Positions 38,421 to 47,413 of a stretch of DNA of 64,000 nt are shown piece by piece (position 1 is the stretch's first letter; every line of letters begins with the position of its first letter). This stretch comes from an uncultured bacterium (GTDB lineage Bacteria > Patescibacteriota > Minisyncoccia > Phycocordibacterales > UBA9973), in NCBI GenBank assembly GCA_903894565.1, contig CAITQP010000011.1:6515-70514 (forward strand), written 5' to 3'. A program made the translations under genes and the position numbers. Under the pieces are notes generated by a model. That model was given only the letters and a program-made list of their open reading frames with translations. It did no database searches and was not told the DNA's origin.

Positions 38421-39125
38421 ATGCGTTCAAACAGTATAGTAGAAAAAGGCAAAAATGGTACCGACAGGTTCGGCAAAGTAAGAACCATTCCAATGTCGCC
38501 ACAATACACGTGTGCGAGGGAATCGTGTTCGAAGGCTGGCCTTACAAGGGCGGAAATTGAAAAAATAGAAAAATATTGCGATGTCAATCGCATAACAGCG
38601 TCTCTCCGCGCTGCGACTACAATGAGGAAAGGAGGGAAAAAACTTGATGAAATTCTCTGGATTTTGGACGTTACAAGAAAAAAGAAAACAATTGTAATGT
38701 TAATCCTCGCGCTTGCTGTTTCGGATATTGATGCAGTCAATATCGCAACAGATTTAAAGGATTGTATTGACGAGAATTTTGTAAGCTACAACCGTAGCGG
38801 TGATATTCAATTAGTTTCCATTGGCAACAATGAACCAAACTCGCAGCTAGAATGCGCGCTAGATGCGTGCAAGGAAACTCAAATCGCAGAAGCAGAAATT
38901 AACGAGATTCTTTTTCTCTCCGAAGAAAAGAAAATTGTCGCCTGCTTAAGGGCCGCATGTATTATGAGGATTGGAAAATTGTCACACGATAAAGTGTGTA
39001 TGGTTATCCAAGCCTCCACGGGGTACCGTGGTAATGTTCTAACGGGACTTGCATATATGTTTGCAGATCCGAATGCATTTAATATCGCAATGGATATTTA
39101 TGATAATGTCCTTGAACAAATTTAA
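38421..39125 (+). CDS. Orphan protein with an internal duplication of about 90 aa
   Basis: CA---C...AEI--I...I-A-LRAA--MR-G...D--A-NIA-D occurs twice. Confidence 0.7.
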   Translation: MRSNSIVEKGKNGTDRFGKVRTIPMSPQYTCARESCSKAGLTRAEIEKIEKYCDVNRITASLRAATTMRKGGKKLDEILWILDVTRKKKTIVMLILALAVSDIDAVNIATDLKDCIDENFVSYNRSGDIQLVSIGNNEPNSQLECALDACKETQIAEAEINEILFLSEEKKIVACLRAACIMRIGKLSHDKVCMVIQASTGYRGNVLTGLAYMFADPNAFNIAMDIYDNVLEQI

Positions 39126-39199
39126 GCAATTTATGAAAACTACCCACAGAAAGCCCATGCTTTGTGTGGGTTTTTTGTATCTATTTTCGATTACGTTTT

Positions 39200-39751
39200 T
39201 TATTTCTGCGTCGTTGCGAGCACTGGCGTTACTGGACGAATGACGATGAATCGTTTTTTCCATGCGGCAAGGAATTTTGTTGCTGAGATTTCTCCGACAC
39301 CAGCTTTTCCTGATGGGTTGTTGTAGTACACCGTGTCGTTATCAATGCCGTCGACTACTACCATATGCGGAAGTGTATTCTTTGGATCGAATTTGTAATG
39401 AATCGATGCAATCACTGGGCCGTCCTTCAATTGATTTTTGAGTTCAGTAAATGCTTTGGCTGAAGTGAGTCCAGCAAAATCATATGTCTTGCCATCGAGA
39501 TCATATTTTTGGGAAAGTTTGATAAGTCCAGCGTATGACCATCCAACATTATTGATGAATGCACCAGAAACGATTCCTTGCTTGAGCAAAGATTCTACCG
39601 ACACAGTGTCTGCCTTGTTATAGTAATCAATAATCATGGCAAGACTTGTGATGCCACAGCCTTGCATCTGCCATGTATGAGAAGCGATTTCGGTTATTTG
39701 CGAATGGTAGGGGACATTCGCGATAGTTTGCGGTAGGGTAATTGGGAGCAT
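39200..39751 (-). CDS. C39-like (papain-fold) peptidase
   Basis: VPYHSQ...GCGITSLAM...PVIASI...HMVVVDG...YYNNP. Confidence 0.85.
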   Translation of the reverse strand: MLPITLPQTIANVPYHSQITEIASHTWQMQGCGITSLAMIIDYYNKADTVSVESLLKQGIVSGAFINNVGWSYAGLIKLSQKYDLDGKTYDFAGLTSAKAFTELKNQLKDGPVIASIHYKFDPKNTLPHMVVVDGIDNDTVYYNNPSGKAGVGEISATKFLAAWKKRFIVIRPVTPVLATTQK

Positions 39752-39805
39752 CTATCTATCCTTTCACACATGACTTGCAATAGCAAGAAAAGTGTTGCAA
39801 TATCC

Positions 39806-40672
39806 TTATTCTTCAACGACTACCGGAGTACCGAGATCTGCCCATGCATACATTTTTTTGGCATTTTCTGCTCGTTGATTGATACAGCCATGAGACATTG
39901 GTTGTCCGAAACTATCATGCCAGTATGCAGTATGAAGGACTGATCCATCAGCCGTGAAATACATATCCCATGCTACTCCAGGCAAGTCGTATGATTCAGT
40001 TACCTCACTATCAGGCAATGGTCCTTGCATATATCGGCTTGGCGTTTTTCTGTAAATTTTAAAATTTCCAACAGTTGTAGGATTTGCTTCTATACCAGTT
40101 GAGATTGCTTCTTCCATAAAGAGTTGATCTCCGTCATACGCCTCAAGCGTTTCTTTTGTGAGGTTGACCACGATACGTTTATTTGTTTGAGGAGTCACAT
40201 CAGTCGAATTGATTTGAACATCGCCTGGATCAGTAAAGTGCACCACGAAGCCAGCATCGCTTGCTACGTACCAATCACTTTTCACTCGTTCAGGATGCCA
40301 GAGCTGTTTGTCTTGAATTACTTTGTACCAATTGAATCCGTCGCCTGAGACAGTCTCTGGCTCGACACGGAGCACGATGCCTGCACGTAGGCGCATGACG
40401 ACACTGTATCGCGTTCCGGCTCCTGTGCGCACGTTTACGCACGATCCTGTAAATTTCCAATCACAGCCACCCGTAATCTCAATGTAATGAGAGACAGGAG
40501 TCGAGTCTATGACTGGGGGAGTGACTTGTGGTGCTTCGGGAGTAGCGTCAGAGGCAACATTTGCAGGCAATACATTCGTGACTAAAGTGGCACCGTGTTC
40601 ATATCGCGAGATACCAAAAATGACAAGCAGGATACCGAATACAATACCTCCGTATATCCAAGAGTTTTTCAT
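39806..40672 (-). CDS. L,D-transpeptidase (YkuD) with SH3-like domain
   Basis: ISTG...LHTAYWH-FG-PMSHGCIN motif; VNVRTGAGT SH3b-like region. Confidence 0.92.
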   Translation of the reverse strand: MKNSWIYGGIVFGILLVIFGISRYEHGATLVTNVLPANVASDATPEAPQVTPPVIDSTPVSHYIEITGGCDWKFTGSCVNVRTGAGTRYSVVMRLRAGIVLRVEPETVSGDGFNWYKVIQDKQLWHPERVKSDWYVASDAGFVVHFTDPGDVQINSTDVTPQTNKRIVVNLTKETLEAYDGDQLFMEEAISTGIEANPTTVGNFKIYRKTPSRYMQGPLPDSEVTESYDLPGVAWDMYFTADGSVLHTAYWHDSFGQPMSHGCINQRAENAKKMYAWADLGTPVVVEE

Positions 40673-40716
40673 TCGTTCATACTAGACCTTTCTCAGGATA
40701 TGTACAGGAGCAACTT

Positions 40717-40734
40717 TATATCAGGGATGATATA
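40717..40734. promoter_or_regulatory. Perfect palindrome TATATCA-GGGA-TGATATA
   Basis: Near-identical arms and same spacing as the murA/murB palindrome; lies upstream of the L,D-transpeptidase. Confidence 0.45.
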
Positions 40735-40780
40735 TTTGACAATATTGAAATATAATGTATATTGAAAAAAAACACACGTT

Positions 40781-41350
40781 ATGGTTAAAAAGAATATAGT
40801 AACTTTTGATCAGTTACATCAGAGGGATTTTCCCGTGGCATATTCGCCAGAAAAATTTGAAATTAAAAAATATTTTGGAGCTCTTCCGTTTTCGGCTGAG
40901 CCATCTGATCTTATCTCATTGATAAGACAGTACGGAAAATCATATATGCCGATCGATGTTTGGACTGTCTATCCTGACGACATCTTACCGATTTTTGTAC
41001 AGGATAAACTTTGTCATGCGAACACAATGTTGCATGCAAAGACGCTGTTAAACAATGGCAAGACGGGTGCAGATTTCCAAGTCGTTACCGGCTTGTATGC
41101 TATTGATCGAGTTTGTGACAATGTGTGCGTAGTCTCAAGTCACAGCTGGATCCAGTACCAAGGAAAGATTTTGGATCTATCCTTGCTTCATCGAAAACAA
41201 GATTATACGGTGTATGAATATTTCGGTATTTTGTACGATCCTGAAACTGCCGTCGATAATTCTTGGCACTTGTTCTTTAAACAAACAAGAGGTGTTGAGG
41301 TTATCCCGCTTGGAGCTCTCAAAAACATTCCCCGCTTACGTAGTACGTAA
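40781..41350 (+). CDS. Orphan protein with a possible Cys-His-Asp (transglutaminase/papain-like) triad
   Basis: LCHANT...HSWI...ILD pattern; own TTGACA promoter. Confidence 0.55.
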   Translation: MVKKNIVTFDQLHQRDFPVAYSPEKFEIKKYFGALPFSAEPSDLISLIRQYGKSYMPIDVWTVYPDDILPIFVQDKLCHANTMLHAKTLLNNGKTGADFQVVTGLYAIDRVCDNVCVVSSHSWIQYQGKILDLSLLHRKQDYTVYEYFGILYDPETAVDNSWHLFFKQTRGVEVIPLGALKNIPRLRST

Positions 41351-41415
41351 GCGGTTTTTTTTATTACCTTTTCAAAGGATGCATTTTTGAAGGTTAGTGC
41401 TAAGATGTGCACGGT

Positions 41416-41631
41416 ATGGAAACACATCCAAAAAATCCACTTCAAGGCAAAACACTCGAGATGATTCTCACGGCACTTGTACAGGAATATGGCTGGGCAG
41501 AGCTCGGTGAGCGTATTCCAGTGAATTGTTTTCTCAAAGATCCGAGCATCAAATCAAGTTTGGTATTTTTGCGTCGAACTCCGTGGGCACGAAAAAAAGT
41601 TGAGACGATGTATCTTCGCACGATGAAATAA
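41416..41631 (+). CDS. VF530-family (DUF2132) small protein
   Basis: NPL-G-TLE-IL--LV--YGW...CF--DPSIKSSL-FLRRTPWARKKVE. Confidence 0.9.
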   Translation: METHPKNPLQGKTLEMILTALVQEYGWAELGERIPVNCFLKDPSIKSSLVFLRRTPWARKKVETMYLRTMK

Positions 41632-41685
41632 TTGCATAATAAATAGCGCATGCTCGATGTTCGAGGATGCGCTATTTTGTTTCTG

Positions 41686-42465
41686 TTACGAACGTCGTAA
41701 TTTTTCTTCCAAAGCATGTTCTCTCTGACCTACGAATCCAAAGATATCAGTATGTCGAGGTTCGTTGAATAGAATCGGATAGAAGTCATTCCGAGCCGTG
41801 AGTTGCCCTCCCGTTTGTGCGTTATGTGCATACGGCTGTCCTTTTTGTACCATCGTATAATTCGTGATGGTATTCAAAGCAGTAAATCCGTCTCGTTTTG
41901 GCAGTGATTCACCAATCCGAAAAACGACTTTACTTTTCGTTGGTTTGGATGTTGTTTCGACAGGGAAGCCGAGTGATTTAAGCATCAAGGAAATTCCGCC
42001 GATCGTACCTGAGAGTGCCTTGTGGCTCGTGTCGGGGCCATACTCAAATCCGATACCGATACGTGCGTCCGAAATTAGTGAGTTACCTTTTGTAATATCC
42101 ATCAAGAGTACATACTTCGCGTTTGTCTCACGAATCAAGGCAATCGTTTCCTCTGTTACCTTCGTGATGATGATCGCAGAGCGTAACCCACTTTCGGTCG
42201 AATGGATGTCGATAACGACGTCATACGATTTGATTACAGGATGCAGGTTGTATGCGATACGTTCCTCGAAGGATCCGTCTGGCTTGCCAGGAAATACTCG
42301 ATTTAAGTCACTTTCGATAAAGCGAACACCTCGGGACAAGGCTTCGGGGTTCGCAATGGTGTAGTGCAGGTTGTCATTGTCGCCAATGAGCTTGCGAAAA
42401 TGATTGATTACGTTTGCTCCGATTTGTTCGGTACCGTGGGTACCACCGTTGATAAGAATCTTCAT
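41686..42465 (-). CDS. Succinylglutamate desuccinylase/aspartoacylase family (M14) hydrolase
   Basis: GGTHGTE, DLNRVFPG and IDIHST motifs. Confidence 0.88.
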   Translation of the reverse strand: MKILINGGTHGTEQIGANVINHFRKLIGDNDNLHYTIANPEALSRGVRFIESDLNRVFPGKPDGSFEERIAYNLHPVIKSYDVVIDIHSTESGLRSAIIITKVTEETIALIRETNAKYVLLMDITKGNSLISDARIGIGFEYGPDTSHKALSGTIGGISLMLKSLGFPVETTSKPTKSKVVFRIGESLPKRDGFTALNTITNYTMVQKGQPYAHNAQTGGQLTARNDFYPILFNEPRHTDIFGFVGQREHALEEKLRRS

Positions 42466-42764
42466 ACATGTTTTGTTTAAAATTACGAAATATTGTTTTG
42501 TGAAAGAAAATACCGGCTTATGCGCCGGTGTATGAATTACTTTTCAGAAGGGGAGAAAGGAATCAACAAATCAGCGCACGAGCTTTTGTATTGCTTGCGC
42601 GTTGCCATGTTTTTTGGTTTGAATACGTAATATATATCATATGAGTATGTTATTCTGTACTAGTACAATATAACATACCTCAAGCGTTCCGCGCAATAAA
42701 TTTGAAAGTATGATGTCTATTGACATGTTTTAATAATGTTTTATTTTTAATAAAAACAAACGCC

Positions 42765-43177
42765 ATGGTAAAACTCAAGATTGTAATCCTGCAGAGCTAC
42801 ATGGAGCAGATTTCTGCGAAAAATTGTTAAAAAAAAATTTCCCAGAATACGAGTACCTTAGCCTTGATTCATTTGATCAAGCAGTGGAGACTCTCCCTAC
42901 GGAAGGAAAGTTACTTGTGATTACGAGCAACACATTCCATGATGGTCTTTCAGACTATCAATCGAAGACCTCTGTAATTTCGCGTTATGACAAAAATGCG
43001 AATCTCCTCGCACAATTGTTGAAGGAGAAAAACCCGGAGACTAAAGTCATCGTGTATGCAGACTCACTGCACGATGATCGTTATGTTGATGATTATGTTA
43101 TGAAAAACGGGAGAGGGGGAGGTGGGGCGGAAGTCGTTCCAGGATCACTATCGAAAGCAATCCGAAAATTTCTTTAG
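42765..43177 (+). pseudogene. Receiver-like (CheY-fold) orphan, frameshifted in an A-run
   Basis: MVKLKIVILQSY... joins LLKKNFPEY...LAQLLKEKNPETKVIVY...DDYVMK if one A is added near 42820. Confidence 0.5.
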
Positions 43178-43299
43178 GTTTCTCAGTACTACGATATTGG
43201 CTGCTTCATCAATCGAAGCAGCTTTTTCATTCGTAGCCGCAATTCATGGAAATATTGACAAAATATAGATTCATGATAGAATGAAAAAAAATCGTTTCT

Positions 43300-43733
43300 A
43301 TGCAAGATACAATAATGAATCAGGTCAAAAATCTGACCATCGAAAAGTTTGTAATAATTGCGATTGCACTTCTAGGTGTATATGCAATCCCGTTCGAATT
43401 CTTATATGAACGGAGAACTATTGAATATCAAAAAATTCCATTGGATGAATTTTTTTGGTTTTTTTGAAAGCAAACGTAGGCATCCACATAATACTGGCCG
43501 TCATTGTCGTATTTATTCGTTGGGTGATCGAGGAAATTTTCTTCGGTCGTCCGAGTACGGGTGTTTTGTTTTTTGCTTCAGGCTTGGTAATTGTTTTCAT
43601 TGCGATATCAACTGATTCATATCCTACAAAACCAGGACATGAACCAATCGCCTTATGGAGCAGTATAGTGATGGACCTATTCTCATTTTTTGTAATCCTG
43701 TATATTGCTGAAAGGATACGAAGATGGGCGTAA
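43300..43733 (+). pseudogene. Orphan membrane protein, frameshifted in a T7 run
   Basis: The ATG 43300 frame stops at 43467; adding one T at 43450-43456 joins it to ORF 43455-43733. Confidence 0.5.
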
Positions 43734-43837
43734 ATTAAATTGTGCTTAAAATAGCTTATCCAAAATGGGTAAGCTATTTTAACAATATATAAGGACTTTC
43801 AGATTGACACTATGTCAAGTAGTATGCTATAATATTT

Positions 43838-44110
43838 TTTAAGCCATATTGAAAAAAATTTGTTTTGAAAGGTCGTTGATTTGGTTATCTCAGAGATGAT
43901 TTCTCATGCTTGAGATAACGACAATAAAAATTGTTCGTTACGGGCAATTTTTATTTTGGTGTTACGTCGCGCATGGTGTTGGACGAAGTTAGAATCTTTT
44001 TACGGCAGGCGAATATGAGGTATTTGGCTTGTAAAAACCTGGAAGAGCAATATAAAAAGAAAACTCGCCAGTGTTGGAGCGTGTTTTCTCCAACCTGTGC
44101 GAGTTTGTTG
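43838..44110 (+). ncRNA. Candidate multi-hairpin structured RNA
   Basis: TTGACA-18-TATAAT promoter with TG extension (43804-43833), followed by four strong hairpins; no ATG-initiated ORF near the 5' end. Confidence 0.5.
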
Positions 44111-44128
44111 ATAGCGTGTTTGTGCTAC

Positions 44129-44443
44129 TTATTTGCCTGCTCTTTTTTCGGTTAATTGCTTAATTCCAAAGAAAATACCAAGCGCCCCAAAAAACAATTC
44201 GGATATTCGCCCGAGAAATACTGCAACGAGCTGAATAATTGGAAAATCGCTCATGTTAGGGATGATAATAATCCGCATCAGTATTTCCAGGCAGATCAAC
44301 CCGAAGATCGTGGCCATGATGGTGCAAATACCCCGTTCAATAGTACTCTCTGTTTTAAGACCGAGGATGAGCATATCAAAAAAAGATATTCCTGCAATCG
44401 CCATAAAAAATAGTTGTGTCATTTCGTGCATGTCGTTGTTCAT
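44129..44443 (-). CDS. Orphan membrane protein (3 TM)
   Basis: Hydrophobic ORF; upstream region looks decayed. Confidence 0.45.
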   Translation of the reverse strand: MNNDMHEMTQLFFMAIAGISFFDMLILGLKTESTIERGICTIMATIFGLICLEILMRIIIIPNMSDFPIIQLVAVFLGRISELFFGALGIFFGIKQLTEKRAGK

Positions 44444-44810
44444 AATGCATCATTTTGAGGTGACTAAATTAGTTTTAATCGTTACAGAAAAAAGTGGATT
44501 GTTTTCTTACTTTCTCGTTAGTCCATACGACAATCTTGCTTTGGGCAGATGCACCCGATGCAGTACTTAAGGCAACAACAATTGCCGATACTATTTTTCT
44601 CATAATTTAACTGTTAAGGATGAATTTATGAGTTATTAATACTATAGATTCTTTGATATGTCAAAAAATACGAAATACAAGTCAGCTGGAGGGGCGTTCA
44701 CAGAAGGCCTATTTCTTATGAAGCATTCTGTTTTGAGCGCAGCTGCCAGATATTCTGAAGGATGAACATGGCCAGGCTGAGCGCGCTGAGCGTGTTGATG
44801 AGCAATATCA

Positions 44811-44933
44811 GGCGTCCAAAGCAGGTTAAGCAGAAAAACGCTTGCTCAGATGGCTGAGTTCGGCAGTGAGATTTATTCACAGGAAGAATTAGTTGCGGAA
44901 ATGGGTACTTGTTACCTGCAATCCTTCGCCGGG
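44811..44933 (+). pseudogene. Fragment of an ArdC-like antirestriction protein (zincin MPTase domain)
   Basis: Translates GVQSRLSRKTLAQMAEFGSEIYSQEELVAEMGTCYLQSFAG, matching the ArdC RL-R...FG...Y--EELVAE-G--L motif. Confidence 0.65.
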
Positions 44934-45517
44934 CAGACTTCAAGAGAGAAGCCTTTGAGGAGGCATATATGGCATATATAGAACGATATACGCTTACTGA
45001 TAAGCATATTGCCCGTTTTAAAAAGGGTATCAAAGATGCCCTTGATTCTGCCAATAAAAAAGGCTTTATGGAAGCTGAGGAGTTAAGAGCAACTATTGCT
45101 GACTTGAATGAGAAACAGACTGGGTTAATTGAAAAAAATGCGAAGGGGATAATAAGTGATACTATTTTGCGCCGCCAATTGGAACAGATCGAGGACACCC
45201 TTACAAAAACAAATGCAGAACTTTATAAGCTACCCCAAAATCAAGAAGATATTGGAGAGCTGTTAGATTATGCAAGCGAATACCTTAAAAACCCAAGCCG
45301 TACTTGGGTGGATGCAACATTTATTCAAAAGTTACAATTACAGTGGTTCGAATTCCCGCAAGGAATCACTTTTCAAAAAGGAAAGTTTCGAACCGGAGAA
45401 CTAGCCAGTATCTTCAAGGTGAAAGATATTTTTTTACCTAGCTCGTCCTCTACTGTGCGCGATAGAGGATTCGAACCTCTGACCCTCCCCACGTCAAGGG
45501 GATGCTCTACCAACTGA
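44934..45517 (+). mobile_element. C-terminal remnant of a large serine recombinase reading into tRNA-Val
   Basis: Coiled coil (GIISD...QLEQIE) and W...K-QLQ---FP-GI-F pattern; last codons are antisense to the tRNA; no catalytic N-terminus. Confidence 0.65.
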
Positions 45518-45528
45518 GCTAACCGCGC
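45456..45528 (-). tRNA. tRNA-Val (GAC)
   Basis: GCGCGGTTAGCTCAGTTGGTAGAGC-ATCCCC-TTGACGT-GGGGA...GGTTCGAATCC...ATCGCGCA cloverleaf. Confidence 0.96.
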
Positions 45529-45636
45529 GTTCTTTATACAATAGCAGATTTACGATGGAATTCAAGGTGTGTTTGATTATTTTATATAAATATGGTATAA
45601 TATATTTCACACCATTTTAAAAAATAAAAATCGATT

Positions 45637-46128
45637 ATGTTCACAGCGACAAATGGTACGCACCCGCTCTATGTGGTGCCTGCCGGTGACGTAAAAGCAC
45701 TTTCGCTTTTAGGTCACTTTAACGATAGAATCTCCCTCGAAATTGGGAGCGAAGAAATTGTATGCGTACCTTCGAATATTTGTACGCGGGACGCTCTAAT
45801 TTACGAACGGGCATTCGTTCCAGTCGACGAGGTGGTCCTCACTCGACTTGCTCTGAATATTCTTGATAACAAGTGTCGGCGTGATTCGACACTTGTTATC
45901 CTGAACACAGGAGTATTTCAACTCCTGTGTGCTGAATATGCATTCAGGAAATACTTCACGACTCCTCTCGAAAGGAGGTACCGAGTAGCTTTTGTGCCAT
46001 TTAGGCAAAATCTGAGCTCATTGAGAGGCGCGTGGTACGTGCTTCGAAGTTTGGAAAATGGATTCCAATTGGAACCCATTCGAAAAGAAGCTACTACTGA
46101 GCAAAAAATGCAACTATGGTTGCAGTAA
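45637..46128 (+). CDS. Orphan hypothetical protein
   Basis: TTGATT...TGGTATAAT promoter upstream; terminator at about 46150-46182. Confidence 0.6.
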   Translation: MFTATNGTHPLYVVPAGDVKALSLLGHFNDRISLEIGSEEIVCVPSNICTRDALIYERAFVPVDEVVLTRLALNILDNKCRRDSTLVILNTGVFQLLCAEYAFRKYFTTPLERRYRVAFVPFRQNLSSLRGAWYVLRSLENGFQLEPIRKEATTEQKMQLWLQ

Positions 46129-46187
46129 AACAGTACTTATCAATTCAGAAAAAGGCGTTCCACAATCGGAGCGCCTTTTTTTGTTTG

Positions 46188-46274
46188 CGGAGACGGTGAG
46201 ATTCGAACTCACGGTACGGTTTCCCGCACGCTTGTTTTCGAAACAAGTGCCTTCAACCACTCAGCCACGTCTCC
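46188..46274 (-). tRNA. tRNA-Ser (CGA)
   Basis: GGAGACGTGGCTGAGTGGTTGAAGGCA-CTTGT-TTCGAAA-ACAAG, long variable arm, GAGTTCGAATCTC. Confidence 0.96.
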
Positions 46275-46346
46275 TTACGATTGAATATGCCCGAAGGCAA
46301 TACTATCATTTTTACATTCTAAGGCCAAATTTGGTATACTTTTCGG

Positions 46347-47345
46347 ATGAAAAATATCAAACGGGTGTTGCTCGGATTTATCTCAAGTATCGTCGTCGCG
46401 GCTACGCCGCTCCTCGCGAGTGCTCATGTCGGCTACGTGCTTGACCATGAGGACTTTGTAACCCACGAAGGTTCAGATGTGCATTTCCTTATTTCTGGTG
46501 TTACCGATGCCCCTCTTTCTGTTTTGATTGCGGGCCTCATCACACTACTTGTCGTTGGGGCGATCATCTATTGGCGTACGCGACCTCGCTCAAAAGCATT
46601 GCTTGCGCGAGTGGTCGAGAAACTCGCAACATATGAAGAACTCCTCTCTTGGATGGCACGTCTTTCACTTGGGATCGCACTTATCGGTGCTGGTACCGCG
46701 AATGTGTTTGTCTCTCCCGTTCTCATGGGTACACCGATGATTGGATTCATTGAGATCATTCTTGGATTTTTGTTTTTGCTTGGGTTCTTGCTTCCGATTG
46801 CGTATGTTGGAAGCGTTGCGCTTTTCTTTGCTGGTGTAGTGCACTCAAATTATGTGTTCGGCAACATGGATTTTCTCGCACTCGTTGTCTCAGCACTTTT
46901 GCTTGAATCAGCACGACCAGGGCTCGACGATATTTTGAACATCAAACAATTCTCACTCGGAGAAGAAGCCCGCGCGCTCGTTCCACTCGTGCTCCGTTTT
47001 GGACTTGGTATCGCGTTCATCTTCCTCGCTGTGTATGAAAAATTTATGAATCCGCACGATTCAGCGCTCGTTGTGCAGATGTATCATCTCACGAATGTCA
47101 TTCCTGTTTCGCCGGCACTGTGGGTGCTTGGAGCGGGAATTGTGGAATTCTTGCTCGGCGTGTTGCTCATTATCGGATTTGAAATTCGTCTCGTTGCCGT
47201 CGTTTCGTTCGTCGTGATCTCGTTGTCGTTCTTTTACTTCAAAGAGTCCGTATACTCACACGTCACGCTGTTTGGCGCGATCTCAATGCTCGTAGTGACT
47301 GGAGCAGGGAAGTATAGTGTCGATCGGTATCTCAAAAATAGATAA
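46347..47345 (+). CDS. DoxX-family multi-pass membrane protein
   Basis: LRFGLG...EKF--P...G-VE--LG--L--G...GAGKYSVD. Confidence 0.8.
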   Translation: MKNIKRVLLGFISSIVVAATPLLASAHVGYVLDHEDFVTHEGSDVHFLISGVTDAPLSVLIAGLITLLVVGAIIYWRTRPRSKALLARVVEKLATYEELLSWMARLSLGIALIGAGTANVFVSPVLMGTPMIGFIEIILGFLFLLGFLLPIAYVGSVALFFAGVVHSNYVFGNMDFLALVVSALLLESARPGLDDILNIKQFSLGEEARALVPLVLRFGLGIAFIFLAVYEKFMNPHDSALVVQMYHLTNVIPVSPALWVLGAGIVEFLLGVLLIIGFEIRLVAVVSFVVISLSFFYFKESVYSHVTLFGAISMLVVTGAGKYSVDRYLKNR

Positions 47346-47413
47346 TCATAAATGGTAATAAATAAGGCCCCGCATTTGTGTGCAGGGCCCATTTATTTTT
47401 TGGAGTGATGGTT

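Noticed and set aside
42625-42648. Third copy of the MurA-type palindrome (TATATCATATGAG)
   Set aside because: The spacer is 2 nt shorter and the right arm is degenerate. Other half-sites (near 6578 and 48408) coincide with extended -10 elements.
44156-44570. + strand ORFs opposite the membrane orphan
   Set aside because: They are antisense to a hydrophobic ORF and have no convincing start context.
44716-45198. 160-aa - strand ORF
   Set aside because: It is the antisense shadow of the recombinase and ArdC fragments.
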